Positions 38,441-53,092 of a stretch of 64,000 nucleotides of DNA are shown in pieces. Source of the DNA: Eledone cirrhosa (taxonomy: Eukaryota); assembly GCA_964016885.1 (NCBI GenBank), contig OZ024740.1, positions 242,606,001 to 242,670,000 of the forward strand. The letters run 5' to 3'. The notes below the pieces were generated by a model, which saw nothing but the letters and a program-made list of their open reading frames with translations, was not told the DNA's origin and searched no databases. The position numbers and the translations under genes are program-made. The stretch's first letter is position 1, and each line of letters opens with the position of its first letter.

Positions 38441-39079
38441 TTTTATCATCATTAATTTATTCAATAACCTTACCCTCAGGATGCCAGTTCTAACCACTTT
38501 GCCTAGTTCATCTTTCCCATTAGGTTGACCCTCTAAAAATCTCTTCCCACTCACATTTATTTTCATGATTGTTGAGCTGTAGCCAGTAAGGGTATTTCTA
38601 CATTTTCATTCAAGTTTATTATAAATAACAGCCAAATCTTCCTCAAATCTTACCCTACAATCTTAAAAAAAGGACATATATGTTCATTGGAAAAAAATGA
38701 ATAGTTCTTTCATTGTAGGTTTGCTCAATGAAGGCTGAACTGGTTCTAAACAACAACATGTAGTTGTTGAAGCTGGACATCAGCAACTTCAACCTGACCA
38801 GTATCTGAGAGTCAGTGAATGTCATGACCACAGTTCCTTCAATTCAACAGAAGCCATTATAAAACAACAACAGCGATGATGATGATGATGATGATGATGG
38901 GACTGGTAATGATAATGATTGTGATGTTGATGATAAACATGATGATGACGATAATGATGACAGCAGTGAGGACGGTAGTGATAATGAAGGTGATGATGAG
39001 AATGAACATTGTCATCATCAGATGATGAGGATGATGGCGAGTTTGCTGCTACTGATGATGATACATTATAACAAGATCT

Positions 39080-39245
39080 AGAGAGTCGGACACCATGTTT
39101 TCCAGCATAGTTACGTCCCTTTACGGTCTAAGTTCAAATCCCGCTGAGGTTAACTTTGCCTTTCAACCTTACGGGGTCGATAAAATAAAGTACCAGTAAT
39201 GTACTGGGTAATTGCTGGCCTTGTGCCAAAAGTAGAAACAATTAT
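39080..39245 (+). mobile_element. SINE family A copy (5'-truncated)
   Basis: 15-bp TSD attataacaagatct (39065-39079 / 39241-39255). Confidence 0.85.
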
Positions 39246-39547
39246 AACAAGATCTGAATTCAGAAATTCAAGCCATCAATTATAATTATGAATAATAGAT
39301 TTGTTTAAATTAACTTGCAGCTGCCATTATGTAAATTTACATGAATGTTTTAATGAGGGAGGCTTACCACTGAATTACTTTCCTAACTAAAACCACCCAA
39401 ACATGAAATATGTTTCCAACCTTTGACCATTGAAGGAGTTCCATAACACCCCAAACAGTCAACCATTAATAACTCTTTTACTTAACTATAAACAACTTTT
39501 AACTCAGTACATAACTCTTTGATCATTTTTAAGAGATAGTAAACAAT

Positions 39548-39832
39548 AGTGTTGTTGTTGTTGTTGGTGGTGGTCTTCTTCTTCTTCTTCTTCTTCTTCT
39601 TCTTCTTCTTCTTCTTCTTCTTCCTCACCTTCACCTCCTCCTCCTCCTCCTCTTCACCCCACCCCTCCTCCTTCTCCTCTTCACCCCCACACCCCTCCTC
39701 CTCCTCCTCCTCCTTCTTCTTCTTCTTCCTCACCTTCATCTCCTCCTCCTTCTCTTCTTCACCCCCCTTCCTCCTTCTTCTTCTTCTTCTTCTTCTTCTT
39801 CTTCTTCTTCTTCTTCTTCTCCTTCTTCTTCT
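39548..39832. repeat. Compound (TTC)n/(TCC)n low-complexity tract
   Basis: Directly visible. Confidence 0.9.
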
Positions 39833-40283
39833 TGGTTCATCCATCGTTCAATGGTGAAACATTTATTTTCCTTTTTTCCTAATGGCTAAAATATATGTGC
39901 GACCCCCCCCCCCAAGGATCCATACTCGTACATTCTGCAGAGCCCAGTAATCACTGCACTTGCTGAAGTAGTGATGAAATATCAGTAAGTAAACATACAA
40001 GATTGTACACTGGTTCACAGAGGAGGGTAGAATTGTTCAAATTATAAATAATTCTAAGACACCATCCACATTAAAAAAAGAACAAAGATAAATAAAAATT
40101 AGAGAGAGATAGATAAATAGAGGGAGAGAAAGAGAGAGTTTGTGTGTGAGATCAACAAGTAAAGAGATAGATATAGGGAGATGCATACACACATATGTAT
40201 ATACATGCATACATATATGCATACATACATACACACATACATATACACATACACATTTACACGCACGCACACATATATATGTG

Positions 40284-40345
<62 letters not shown>

Positions 40346-40349
<4 letters not shown>

Positions 40350-40492
40350 AACAAGTAAGACCCCGACGGCTGAGCTCAAGCCGTTTCAACGGCTAATTCT
40401 GTACTTGTTCCTATTACCCACTCTACTACCCTAAGTATTGAGTACTTTGGTGCGTTATGGTCCACCTGGTTCCTTACCACATTTCCTTCATT
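40346..40492. mobile_element. Short (TA)n-embedded element with hammerhead 3' half and 5' inversion
   Basis: Minus strand GAAACGGCU(UGAGCUC)AGCCGUC-GGGGUC; taggaacaagta/tacttgttccta inversion junction; same family as 60958-61104. Confidence 0.65.
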
Positions 40493-40531
40493 ATATATAT
40501 ATATATATATATATACATATATGTGTATATA

Positions 40532-40582
<51 letters not shown>

Positions 40583-40878
40583 TAATTGATGATTTTGGTA
40601 TGTTTATGTACACTTTTCCTTCTAACTTTGATCTTGTACCTAATTATGTATGATTAACTGTATGTCTAGTCAGTTTCTACAGGCTGTCGGAAATGCTAGG
40701 TAAATTTTCTGTGGCTGTGAATCGCAGATGGAGGACTATCATTTATTTATCTATTATTTCTTCATAGGTGAGTTTAAAACTTATGGCCTCGTTTAAGTGA
40801 TTTTTTGTATGGTTGATTGTGCTGATTGGGGGAAGAAATACTGTATATATTTTGTCTAATGATTCTATGGACTTGCTT

Positions 40879-40921
<43 letters not shown>

Positions 40922-40922
40922 C

Positions 40923-40960
<38 letters not shown>

Positions 40961-41112
40961 CATATATTTATTAAAATAACAGATTAAAGTTTAAGCAAAG
41001 AACATACACACTCACTTACATACACACATACATTCATATATACATGCATACATACACACACATACAAATATACATACAAGCATACATATGTACATGCATA
41101 CATACATACTTA

Positions 41113-41522
41113 CATGGTGGCTGCTAACTCGTTTTCGAGTATGGCCACTACTTTATATCCATGTAGGAGAACCCCTACCGATGTGCTGAACGAGTGTGAC
41201 TTTTTAGTCCAGCCAGCGACTTGAACACTCTGGTACAAACACTACACTTGTGACAATTATTGACACATAGTGCTGGGCCCTTAGTACCATGTGACGACAA
41301 GTGCAGAGAGATCTCCAGATATAAAGCAATGCCTGTGCCGTGAAGCTTTTATAGTGAGCAAAGGCACTCTACAAAGCCAGTCCCACTCTCTTAACCAAGA
41401 TGATATTTACCAAAAAGAAGAACAAGTCAACATCATTGGATACCATCAGGGTTGGAGGTGTTATATCAGAGTTTTCCTTGTCCTAGAATGCTGCCTTGAT
41501 AAAGGCTAAGGGGTCATCTCTC
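41113..41522 (-). mobile_element. Truncated copy of a non-coding retro-like repeat with (TATG)n tail
   Basis: Near-identical to 41931-42340. Confidence 0.8.
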
Positions 41523-41930
41523 TTACATACATACATACACAAATCTTGAGAAGCTGGGCTTCACAGGAACAGAAAGAACACAACTAGTTAGGAAATTACA
41601 AGTACAATCCATTAATGGAACAGTTAAAATATATAAAACATTCCAAACATTTTGCATCTAATAACTGCATATACACATGTACAGATACTAAGCATATACA
41701 CATGCACACATACAACTCAAAACATCCACATCCACACATACAATAACATCCATATCTATACATGCATGCATACATACATATCTACCTAGTTGGTGTTGTA
41801 TAAATTCCAATGTGAGAGTCTCGTGTCTATGTTAGAAACCGACTCTCTCTCTATTGGTAAAACATTTGTGAAATTATAAAACCAGAAGAACATACATACA
41901 TACTTACATACAAAGACACATACATACATA

Positions 41931-42545
41931 CATGGTGGCTGCCAACTCGTTTTCGAGTACGGCCACTACTTTATATCCATGTAGGAGAATCCCTACCGAT
42001 GCGCTGAACGAGTGTGACTTTTTAGTCCAGCCAGCGACTTGAAAACTCTGGTACAAACACTATACTTGTGACAATTATTGACACATAGTGCTGGGCCCAT
42101 GGTACCATGTGACGACAAGTGCAGAGAGATCTCCAGATATAAAGCAATGCCTGTGCCGTGAAGCTTTTATAGTGAGCAAAGGCACTCTACAAAGCCAGTC
42201 CCACTCTCTTAACCAAGATGATATTTACCAAAAAGAAGAACAAGTCAACATCATTGGATACCATCAGGGTTGCAGGTGTTATATCAGAGTTTTCCTTCTC
42301 CTAGAATTCTGCCTTGACAAAGGCTAAGGGGTCATCTCTCTCGGTGATTTTGGATGGCCATTGACTCTTAAGAGCCCCTTTGCCCTTTGACAGGTTTTGT
42401 TTTTAGTCCTGCAGGATGTCCAAAGTCACCCTCCTCATGAAGAAACCTTGGTGGGGTTGCCAGTTTAGTCGCCAACGACCCGACCATGAGACAGGTTGTA
42501 CTGGGATACATGTTACCAGTAGCACCAACTGGTGACCTGACATAA
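41931..42545 (-). mobile_element. ~610-bp non-coding retro-like repeat flanked by (TATG)n
   Basis: Three copies in the window (12432, 41113, 41931); no ORF homology recognised. Confidence 0.75.
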
Positions 42546-42854
42546 CATACATACATACATACTTACATACATATATGTAAATATTGACAAAACAATGCAA
42601 ATTAATTCAAAAAGTATACAATATGTTAGATGTGACTGTTAATTGTGAAGATAAAAGACTATGTAAAAACTCAGATAGAATCACAAATTACATTTATATT
42701 CCATCGTATATGATGTATACATTGATAACGACTGTGCTGGTAAAAAGACATAGAGATATGTTAAAGATAAAAGAGAACTACATGATGTTTTGTGAGTGAA
42801 GCCGGTTTACTTGGTGATGTTTAGCCAAGATAGATTTTAGAAGACATTATTTTT

Positions 42855-43045
42855 GGGGTGGATTGGCAGTATCAGTAGAGGGTCGGACGCCATGCTTTCC
42901 AGCATAGTTACGTCCCTTTACGATCCGAGTTCAAATCCCGCCGAGGTTGACTTTGCCTTTCATCCTTACGGGGTCGATAAAAAAAAAGTACCAGTAATAC
43001 ACTGGGTAATTGCTGGCCTTGTGCCTAAAGTAGAGACAATTATTT
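42855..43045 (+). mobile_element. SINE family A copy
   Basis: A/B boxes and central domain as in 15429; attatttttt(t)g at both flanks. Confidence 0.85.
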
Positions 43046-43599
43046 TTTGACCTGATGTTGCTGTTTAGCTGCAAGGCAGTCCTGATTGAACAGATGATGA
43101 TAGTTACATTAGTACATGTGTAGTGATGATGATGATGATGATGATGAAGGCAATGCTGATACTGCTGATAATGTGTTATACTACAAACATTAGATGTATT
43201 TCACAAGGAAACAACCTCTTTTCTAAAAGCTTCCTTAAATTACTGTTTAGGTCATGAGTCTACACACACACACACACACACACACATACATACATACATA
43301 CTTACATACACACATACATACATACATACATACATATATACATACATACATACATACATACATGTATGCATACGTGCATGCATGCATACATAAACGCTAA
43401 TGGCGACCGTTTTGGTCAGTCCGCTGATTGAACGTATGTAATTACAGCTTATATAAAGACAACATACCATATATTGGAAAAGTTGAGCTACGTATTGTGG
43501 CAAGATTGCATACAATATTTTTACATAAGTGTTTGAACTGTAAATATATCGCAGCACATCTATTTATATGAACGATACATAGATTTTAACATATGAATA

Positions 43600-45250
43600 C
43601 AGCGTTGTTTGGCCTACCTGTCATATGGAGCCCCGAACATGCTCCTAGCTGCTGATACGATTATACCTTAGGCTACTGGGGTCCAACAGGGCGACCCTTC
43701 GGGACCCCTCCTGTTCGCCCTTGGTATTGACCACATCGCCCGGAGTATCATGGCCCCTCAACGTTTGGTATCTGGATGATGCTACGTTGGGTGGGCCCGT
43801 ACGGACCGTCTGCCATGACCTTCAATCGGGGACTCCTGCCCTGGCGGGAATCGGCCTCCAGGTCAACTCGGCCAAGTCGGAGGTAGTGAACGTCAGCCTC
43901 GATGCTGCGAGCTTTGCAGCCTCCGTCTTGGACGTGCGGTCCATTCTCCGCCAGGTTCAGGTGACCCCCAAAGAGGATGTCCTCATCCTCGGGTCACCGA
44001 TCCACCCGCCGACCACCCAGCTCTCTTTCTGCTGAGGAACTGCTTCGCCTTGCCAAAGCTCCTCTATACACTCCGCAGCGCTCCATGCTACACCCAAACA
44101 TCTCTCCTCGCTGACCTCGATACTTGTATCCGAGCAGCAGCCGAGGGGATATGCAACGTCAGGGTGGCAATAGGCCACTTTACCTGTCAGGTATGGCGGC
44201 CTTGACCTCCGGTCCCCGATCTCACTAGTTTTGCCGGCGTATCTTTCGTCGGTAACCTCGTGCCGCGTCCTCGTCAGCAGGGTTCTTCAAAACACAACAG
44301 AACCCTCTGTGTTCAGAGAACGTGAGGCCGCCTGTGAGACGTGGGACCGCCTGGGACTTAGCCCAGTAGACGTCCCTCCTCCTTCTCCCCATGTTGACGT
44401 CAAGTCCCCCAACGCACTTTGGATGCCATCCAGTGCAGCCTGACCTCAAACAGGCTCACGCGCCAGCTCGACCAGCACCGCCTTGCTTGTTTTCGTGCGG
44501 CCTCCAAACCCCACAGTGGTGCCTGGCTCCATGCCCTGCCATCCTTCTCCACTAGCACGCAGCTAGACAATCATAGCCTGCGAATCGGCGTTTCCCTGAG
44601 GCTCGGCCTCCAGATCTGCCAGCCACACCAATGTCGCTGCGTTTCCACCGTGGACTCTTTCGGTCTCCACCCGCTTTCCTGTCGCCACAGTGCCGGCCGC
44701 ATTCCACGCCATGCTACCCTCAACGAGGTCATTAAGCATGGCTTGGACGCTGCAGGCTTCCCTTCCCAGCTCGAGCCGGTGGGGCTGGATCGAGTGGACG
44801 GCAAAAGGCCAGATGGCATGACCATCTTCCCGTTCCGCGGTGGCAAACCCCTCGTCTGGGATGCACCGACACTTTCTGCAACCGCAACCTGGTGCAGTCT
44901 GCGACTGACCCAGGTTCTGCTGCACGTCGGGATGAAGGGGCCAAACTCCTCAAATACCGGTCGCTCTCCGACAGGTTTGCAGTCGTTCCCCTGTCAGTAA
45001 AGACTTCTGGTGTCTTCGGCCCCAGGGCTACCTCCTTACTCACCACCATAGGCGCTGAGCTGGCCAGCCGCAGGTGTGACCCCCATGAGTTGGAGTGGCT
45101 TTTCCAGCACGTCTCTCTTGCCCTCCTCCGGGGAAACGCCTTCTCCATTCTGTCCGCCGGGGCGTGGGTGGACCCCATCTCGTACCAATACATTAGTTAA
45201 ATACCATTCTTTCATCTGATATATCTCTAAATTATATTTTGTACAATAAT
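43600..45250 (+). mobile_element. 5'-truncated CRE-clade non-LTR retrotransposon (RT + CCHC + restriction-like endonuclease), frameshifted
   Basis: GVQQGDPSGPLLFAL, WYLDDATLGG, SGAWLHALP, CRC..D.FGLHPLSC, RHATLNEVI, EPVGLDRVDGKRPDG, LVWD; visibly GC-rich. Confidence 0.85.
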
Positions 45251-45532
45251 ATATTACGCAATACTTAACAAAGATTCTTAGATAAAGTTATGGAACATTT
45301 TAAAGAAATATACCAAGTAACGTTACAAAACGATTCACAAAAAAAAGAAAGAAAAAGAAAACGTTAAATACAAACGTTTAAAATACAGTTGTAGAATTTA
45401 AAAACTAGCTGAAAGGAAATATTACCCAAACAACTTTAAATTTAATTATGACAAAACTTTGTCGAAACTTTTTAATATCATCGTGTATTTTGAAAAATAA
45501 ATGCTAAATATTAGTGAATAGACGAACTCATC

Positions 45533-48500
45533 ATGGCAAAACGTATAAGTCTCCTTGGACCAAATCGCAACTACAACTATTGTATACATTGGAGCTACGA
45601 TCTCAACAAAGATTTATATGAAGCATACAAAAAATCAAAACCTCCAAAGTTCGGTTTTATGCAGAGTCTAAAAGCTTTGTGGAACTCCAAACGCTCAGGA
45701 TTAGACTTTCCCCCAAGACATTTAAAGGAACAAGCAAAACGTATCATTAGATGAGTAACACTATTGAAGACAATCATTCCACTTCCATCGACAGACAGAG
45801 AGAATGGTCAGCTAAATCTAGCAGTAAACAACACACCAATAACGTGGGTGAAATCCATAATTCTACTGTACAAACAGAACACCAAAAACTTGTGGACACA
45901 TTACAAGTGATATGAGAGGATATGTTTCAAGAGATACACAGCCTTAATGTGAGTGACAGACCATACAACACCAGAATCAGTAAAGAACCCACTAAATTGG
46001 AATTGGAAGCAGTGAACAAAATAGCTGAAAATTATCTGAAGGCCACATGATCCAAAAGTATGGAAACGACATATGAATTGCTTAATATTTTGTTATATGT
46101 TTCAGATATAATATTGCTATCCTATCATAAACAACTAAAACCACGCAACCAAGATACAAACAGAAAGTCTGAACCAGCATGGATGTATAATTAAAAAAAA
46201 AAAAATTGTCCCTGAAACGAAGTAGTTATAAAATGCAACATAGCGAGCAACTTCACACGATATCACGAAGACTTAAGAAAAAAACTAGGGAGGCAATTTG
46301 GATATACTTAAAACTCTAAACTCCAAACTACACCAGCTGAAACAACAACTCACAGCTGCAGCAGAAAGACTAAAATATAAATCAACAGCACATAAATGTG
46401 CTAAATAGATTATTTTCCAGATATCCTAAATGAGTTTATTGCGGCTTCAATATCAATATTCAAAAAGGCTCAATATCTGTAAATGTCACCCCTACAAAAG
46501 AACAGGTTGAGAGCTACTGGAGATCTGTATGGGAAACAAATGACGAATTTGACAAACAAACTATATGGCTAAAAGAACTGGAACAGGAATACTGCCAGCA
46601 TGTCCAGACAAAACAATATGACATAGATGGGCCAATACTGGAAACAGCTCTGCAGAAATTGTCAAATAGAAAATCACCAGACCCAGACCTCATAACAGGA
46701 TACTGGCTGAAGAATTTCACCTTCTATCGGCAAGATCTCATATGGCTGTATAGAGAAAACATCAAAGGCACACAAGAACTGCCCCAATGGTTATCAACTG
46801 CCACTACTCTCCTCATTCCTCAAAATAGCCAGACCACCCTTGCTAAAAATTACTGCCCAATAGCCTGCCAGAACATCATCTATAAATTATACACTGGGTG
46901 CCTTAATCCGTTCTTACAGGATCATTGTGCCACCAACATTATGATACCTGAGCAAGCTGGTGGAAAGACGGAGGTGTGGGGTTGTATAGATCACCTACTA
47001 ACAAATAAAATGATACAGGAAAAACAACAAAGGATCGTAGGAACATGACTGTAGTGTGGCTAGACTATCAGAAGGCTTTTGATAGTGTACCTCATGGGTG
47101 GCTTTACAGTTAGCTAAAGTCCCACAACCACTAGTAGCTGCTGTCGAACGCCTGACCAAGAACTGGTAAACCAATTTGATCCTTAGGGGTGAGAAGGAGC
47201 AAATTGAGACTGATACAATACACTACCAGAAAGGCATCTTTCAGGGTGATAGCTTATCAATGCTGCTCTTGGTCCTCTCACTCAACCCATTATCATACCT
47301 GCTCACAAAATAAAGTGATCATGGAAGTGGGCCCAGAAGTATCTCCCATCTTTACTTTGTTGATGACCTGAAGTTGTATGGGCTAAATACCAACTATATT
47401 AAAACAAATATTGAACCTCATTAGACAATTTCCTACAGACATCAGAATGAAATTTGGTGAGTCCAAATGTGCATATTTGACAGTAAAAGGTGGAAAGGTT
47501 GTGCCCACCTCTGGAAATCTATAGATGAACGGCCTGACAATACAACCTCTACAGTCAGGTGACAACTACAGATATCTTGGACAGAATGAGAATATCAGAT
47601 ATGATGGACCCATAAATAAGGAGAGAACCAGAACTGAATACCTCAGAAGAATAAAGAAAATATGATCATCAGAACTATCAGCGTACAGCAAATACATTGC
47701 CCACAATATTTATGTTGTGCCAATCCTAACATTTGGCCTGCTGAACTGGTCATTGCAAGAACTAAGTGAGATGAATGTAAGAACTCACAAACTTCTCAGT
47801 GTTAACTTTAACGTCAATGGTGATGTGGATAGGCTATACTTCTCACGCAAGGAGGGTGGCTGGGGTCTAAAATGATTAACATCATACGAGACCCGGATAG
47901 TAACCCTGAAGCAACAACTTAAGCAGAAGAAAAAGGTCAGCAACCATCTTGCCCAGGTCTATGAGCATGAAGGAAATAATTGTTTCTACTTTAGGCACAA
48001 GGCCAGCAATTACCCAGTGCATTACTGGTACTTTATTTTAAGCATGAAGGAAATAATATCATTAGGATAGCTACTGACCTGGAAGAGAGATATGGAATAA
48101 GGCCTGATATAAATCTCTCTCCCAGGGAAATTGGAAGAACCTATTCAATGTTCAAACAAGATTAAAAAAATGGACCAATTTATAGAGAAAGTTGTGCATG
48201 GGTACCTGAGATGAACAACACAGACCATAGAGGGGTTAAATCATTCAAAAAGCCTGGCATGGAGTTCTGACAAGTTTATGACATCCTACCTTGAAGGATG
48301 TCTCTATGCAATACAGGAACAAGAAATCCCTACACAAAAGAGGAGGGCTATCAATTGACAATAAATGTAGGCTTTGTAAAACAAAGATCGATGATGTTAG
48401 CATCATTGTTGCCAACTGCGAAAGAATGTGATCTCGCTACTGAGACATGATGTGATAGCTAGAACCATCTGGAATGCACTTAGGAGAACAAAATTAAAAA

Positions 48501-49010
48501 CAAATGAGGAGGAATATGTTGAGAGAGATGGCAATAAAGAATACTGGTGGAACCTGAAAATAAAAACTGCCACTAAATTAAAGCACAACCAGCCCGATAT
48601 TGTTGTTTGGGACCACACATTGAAAACGTGTTCTGTTGTAGAGATCAGCTACCCACTTCATGTCAACTTTGTAAGAAAAATACAAGAGAAGGAGGACATC
48701 TAAGGACCATTGATGAGGAGTTTGTAGATCCAGTATCCAAGATACACCTTTAACTTCATACCCATCATTATTGGAGCTAAAGGCTATATAACAACCCGCT
48801 TGAACCAATGTATAACTGAACTTGGATTTGTGGACAAAGAGCGCAGCTCCCTAATTCATAGACTATAAATGGCTGCGATAACTGGCACCTTAAAAAATTG
48901 CAAAACATTCTTGCGATTCAAGGGACAACAATTTCTTTTCTTTTAAACCTTGCCACCAGGGAGATGGCCAGTCAAAAATGTACTCAAAATTAAGAGGAAG
49001 AGAAACATTT
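45533..49010 (+). mobile_element. Near full-length decayed R4/Dong-clade non-LTR retrotransposon
   Basis: N-terminal W..DLNKDLYEAY..SKP; KSPDPDLITGYWLK, PIACQNIIYKLYT, WLDYQKAFDSVPH, GIFQGDSLS, FVDDLKLY, CRLC..HI..C, RHDVIAR, HNQPDIVVWD..VVEIS; many stops. Confidence 0.85.
47975..48040 (-). mobile_element. SINE family A 3' fragment inserted in the R4-like element
   Basis: 17-bp TSD agcatgaaggaaataat (47964-47980 / 48041-48057). Confidence 0.85.
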
Positions 49011-49059
49011 ATATGTGTGTTTATATATATATACATTTACAAATTATAGTTAAATAGGC

Positions 49060-49570
49060 CATAATGATGTGTTTAAAGACAGGTTGCCAATGAGAATTTC
49101 TGAATGCTGACAACCTGGTTCTTATAGCCAAATCAATGGAAGAGGTAGAGAAGAAATTTTGGGAAAAACTAAAATTTTGGTAAGCAAGAAAGAAGACAGG
49201 ATCCTTATCGCAGCAGGAAAGTGTCCTTGCTCAATATGTAGAAAAGGAGCAGGTAGTTACTCCATATGATGTACACAATGTAAACCTTGGATACACAAGT
49301 GGTGTAGTGAGATAGAAGGCAGATTAACAGAGAAGTAGACTTTGTATATGGCAGATGCACAAGGATAATTCATAGTAAGAGCATCAGTGAAATAAACATT
49401 ATCTAATACCAGGAAGACTGCATAGAAACTGTTGATAGCTTCTGCAATCTAGGCAGTCAAATTAGTTGAGGCAAAGTTTGCATCAAGAGCATAATACCAA
49501 GAGTAAGAACAGAATTCTAAAAGTTCTGGGGGCTACTAGCTCTGTTGTCAGCAAAAGTTTTCTCTCTATG
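49060..49570 (+). mobile_element. Decayed RTE fragment (post-RT and PHD finger)
   Basis: FKTGCQ..LNADNLVL, GKCPCSICRKG, CTQCKPWIHKWCS traces. Confidence 0.8.
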
Positions 49571-49574
49571 ACTG

Positions 49575-49918
49575 TCATCATCATCATCATCATCATCATT
49601 TCATTTTACGTCCGCTTTTTCCCTGCTTGCAAGGGTGGGAAGGTAACTGATTTTTAGCTTGATTTCTACAGCTGGATGCCCTACCTAACACCAACCTCAT
49701 TTACAGTGAGTGCTGGGTGCTTTTTTGCCGTGGCACCTCCACGGCCACTTTGCAGTGGAATGATAGGAACCCCAGTCCCTATCATCTCATTTCTACAGCT
49801 GAGTAAACTGGAGCAATGTGAAATAAAGTCTCTTGCTCAAGGAAACAACACATTACCCGGTTTGAACCCACAACCTTTCGATTGCAAGGCCAATGCTCTA
49901 ACCACTAAGCCATGTGCA
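49575..49918 (-). mobile_element. SINE family B copy
   Basis: Near-identical to 19243-19580. Confidence 0.88.
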
Positions 49919-49971
49919 TGTATATATATACAGTTGCTCAACTGTATAGGAGATTAATAAAATTTCAGGTT

Positions 49972-50143
<172 letters not shown>

Positions 50144-50181
50144 TACATATATATATATACATACATACATACATACATACA

Positions 50182-50242
<61 letters not shown>

Positions 50243-50301
50243 CCTGAAATTTTATTAATCTCCTATACTGTTGAGCAACTAATTCAGCATACGCCTCTAA
50301 A

Positions 50302-52619
50302 ATGGAAAGGCACCAATTGGATATGTCGTTAAAAAACATACCTATTCAGGCAAAAAGGAAATATATTCTAGGTATGATACGAAGGACCAATGATTTTATT
50401 CGACGAATCAGATGGAAGACATTCCATTTTGACAAAAGCCGTATAAACCAAACATCGGATCTTAACAAGGATAAATTTGGATTTAAATCTTACAAGAACC
50501 TACCCTCAAACCCACTTTTGGATGCATTTGAACAAGACCTAATGGATATGATCATGGAGATCAAATTTACAAAACGGAAGAACAATAAACTACAGAATGA
50601 CATCACGGCACTGCTCAATAATCTAAAAAACGCCAATGGAATTATTGTTAGAGCAGACAAAACATCAAACGTATATACCATGGATGTGGACACTTACAAT
50701 AACTTCATCCGTAAGGAATTGCATAAAAAATACAGGAAAACTAATGAAGCTACACTTAAAAACATCAACAACTCGGCATGTGATATTGTTAAAAAACTTT
50801 GTATTGACGATAGAACGCAACCCTTATCACCAGCTATACCATCCTTCAACCTGAAGGACCACAAGGTAAACTTCGATACTAACCCTAATATTAGACTTAT
50901 ATCTGATATAGGCAAAATTAGCAAATATATACTAGACAGAATTATCCCCCAAGTTAAGGTTAAAGTAGAGATTAAACTATGGGGTAACACTCATGAAGCA
51001 ATAAGATGGTTTAATAACATTACTGATAAGAAAAAATCAAAATTTATTCAGTTTGATATTGATGAATATTATTCCTCAATTTCACCTGATACTCTACATG
51101 AAGCTCTTTCGTTCGCTAAGGATAATTCCGACCTTACGGATGCTGAAATTAAAATTATTATGGAAGCGAGGAAAACTATAGTTAAATTCGATGATAGCTA
51201 CTGGGTTCGCAAAGATAGACCTTCTAATTTTGATATCACTATGGGTTCTAATGATTCGGCGGAAGTAACAGATCTTGTGGGAATTTATATCACCCACAGA
51301 TTACAAGGAAAATTCAAGGATCTCCACGGTGGAATCTACCGTGACGATGCGTTCCTATTAGTTAAGCATATGAATAACCAGAATTTAGAAAGGATGCGTA
51401 AAAATATCAGAAAGCTTTTTAAGGAACTAGGATTAAATATTACATTTGAATATAACCTCAAAGAGGTCAATTTCCTTGATGTTACTTTCAATCTCAATAC
51501 AGATACGATTAAACCGTTCCATAAACTAAATGAGAACCTTAAATATGTAAATACGAGTTCTAACCATCCACTCTCTATAATTAAATCCATCCCTAGAAAT
51601 GTTTCTCTTAGAATCTCCCGCCTGTCGTCCAACCAACAAACCTTCAAAGAACATGCCGAATATTATGATGATGCACTTAGGAAAGCCGGTCACCTAGATA
51701 ATATAGAGTATATAGTCAAAGATCACCAAAACACCCAAAATAAATCCCAGAGGACTAGAAATAGCACAGAATCACCACCATACATACACTACCGCAATAG
51801 ACACAATAATAGTCGCACACCACCAAACAGAAGGCGATGTAAGGAGTATATTTGGTACAACCCGGTCTATAACAACTCTATTAAAACCAATCTACCCTCA
51901 AAATTCTTTCGATTAGTTAAAAAACACTTTCCAACATCACATACATATAATAAAATCTTAAACCCTAACACTATTCGACTTTCATATTCAACCGCCCTTA
52001 ATATTGAACAACATATAAAAAAGCTTAACGCAAAACGGTTGTATAAACGCCTTCCAACACATAACAATACACGTAAAACATTAGCTATAACATCACAAAA
52101 CAACATACAACATCCTGTCCTACATAAGCAACCTCATCAACCCATCCATGGCAATACAACAACGCAAAATTATAATTGCAACTGTGTCCAACCAGGAATG
52201 TGTCCGTTGAACAATCAGTGTCTTGAACGCACCATCGTATACAAATGTACTATCGAATCGGATAGACAGAAGTGGTACTATGTGGGATCTACAGCCACCT
52301 CCTTCAAATCACGCCTTTATAGACATCGTTACTCGATAAAACATGAAAACCAGCGTTATGTAACAACACTCGCAGACAAGGCTTGGCAGCTGCGTGAAAA
52401 TAACCAACAATTTCACCTAAAATGGGATATAATAGTGACTGCCCCCCCCCCCCCCCCCCATAATCCCATGGACAGGAATTTTGTAAATTATGTAATGTAG
52501 AATTATTTTGTATTATGAAATCCAAAAACATTTTATTAAATAACAGAATAGAGCGATCGTTATACTGTAACCATCGCTTAAAATCTACATTTTCATATTA
52601 TAAATACTACCAGGATTGA
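50302..52619 (+). CDS. Penelope-like RT + GIY-YIG endonuclease; C-terminus continues in another frame after the poly-C run
   Basis: [82 protein letters not shown]; after 52441-52459 the shifted frame reads [22 protein letters not shown] to TGA at 52617-52619. Confidence 0.9.
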
Positions 52620-53092
52620 ACGCCTGTCTCTATCCCCGTTTGATTGTCAAAATAGATATTAACATTCTTTATTAGTCTTAATTCTATCAACTCTTCTATT
52701 ATTTACCTTTTAATACAAACTGCTATAGATAAAATGAGATTTCTGATTTCTTGATTCAATTCCCTAATGCATATACCAGCTGGCTACTAGCATTGATGTT
52801 ATTTAGTAGCAATCGAAATCTCCCCCTTCCCCAATTGACACTTTATAATTAATACTACTGCACCAAATGACCAGCCCTGTCCACTGTCCAGTTGGTCAAG
52901 TAGAGATTAAAATTGGCACTCCCAAAATTCTTATTTAGATTTACTCATGGTATTCTCATTAGAAACCCATTATATACTTGTTTAGCAGTAAATTAATTTA
53001 CCATCTGTCATATACTATCCCCTCTGTTTCTTTCTCTATTACTAATATAAATACTTCAATTTTTTTGATTTTATCCAATTTATCCAAAATCT

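Noticed and set aside
52620-53090. SECIS element expected for selenoprotein-type Naiads
   Set aside because: The ORF has no in-frame UGA, and I found no convincing AUGA..AA..GA kink-turn hairpin by eye.
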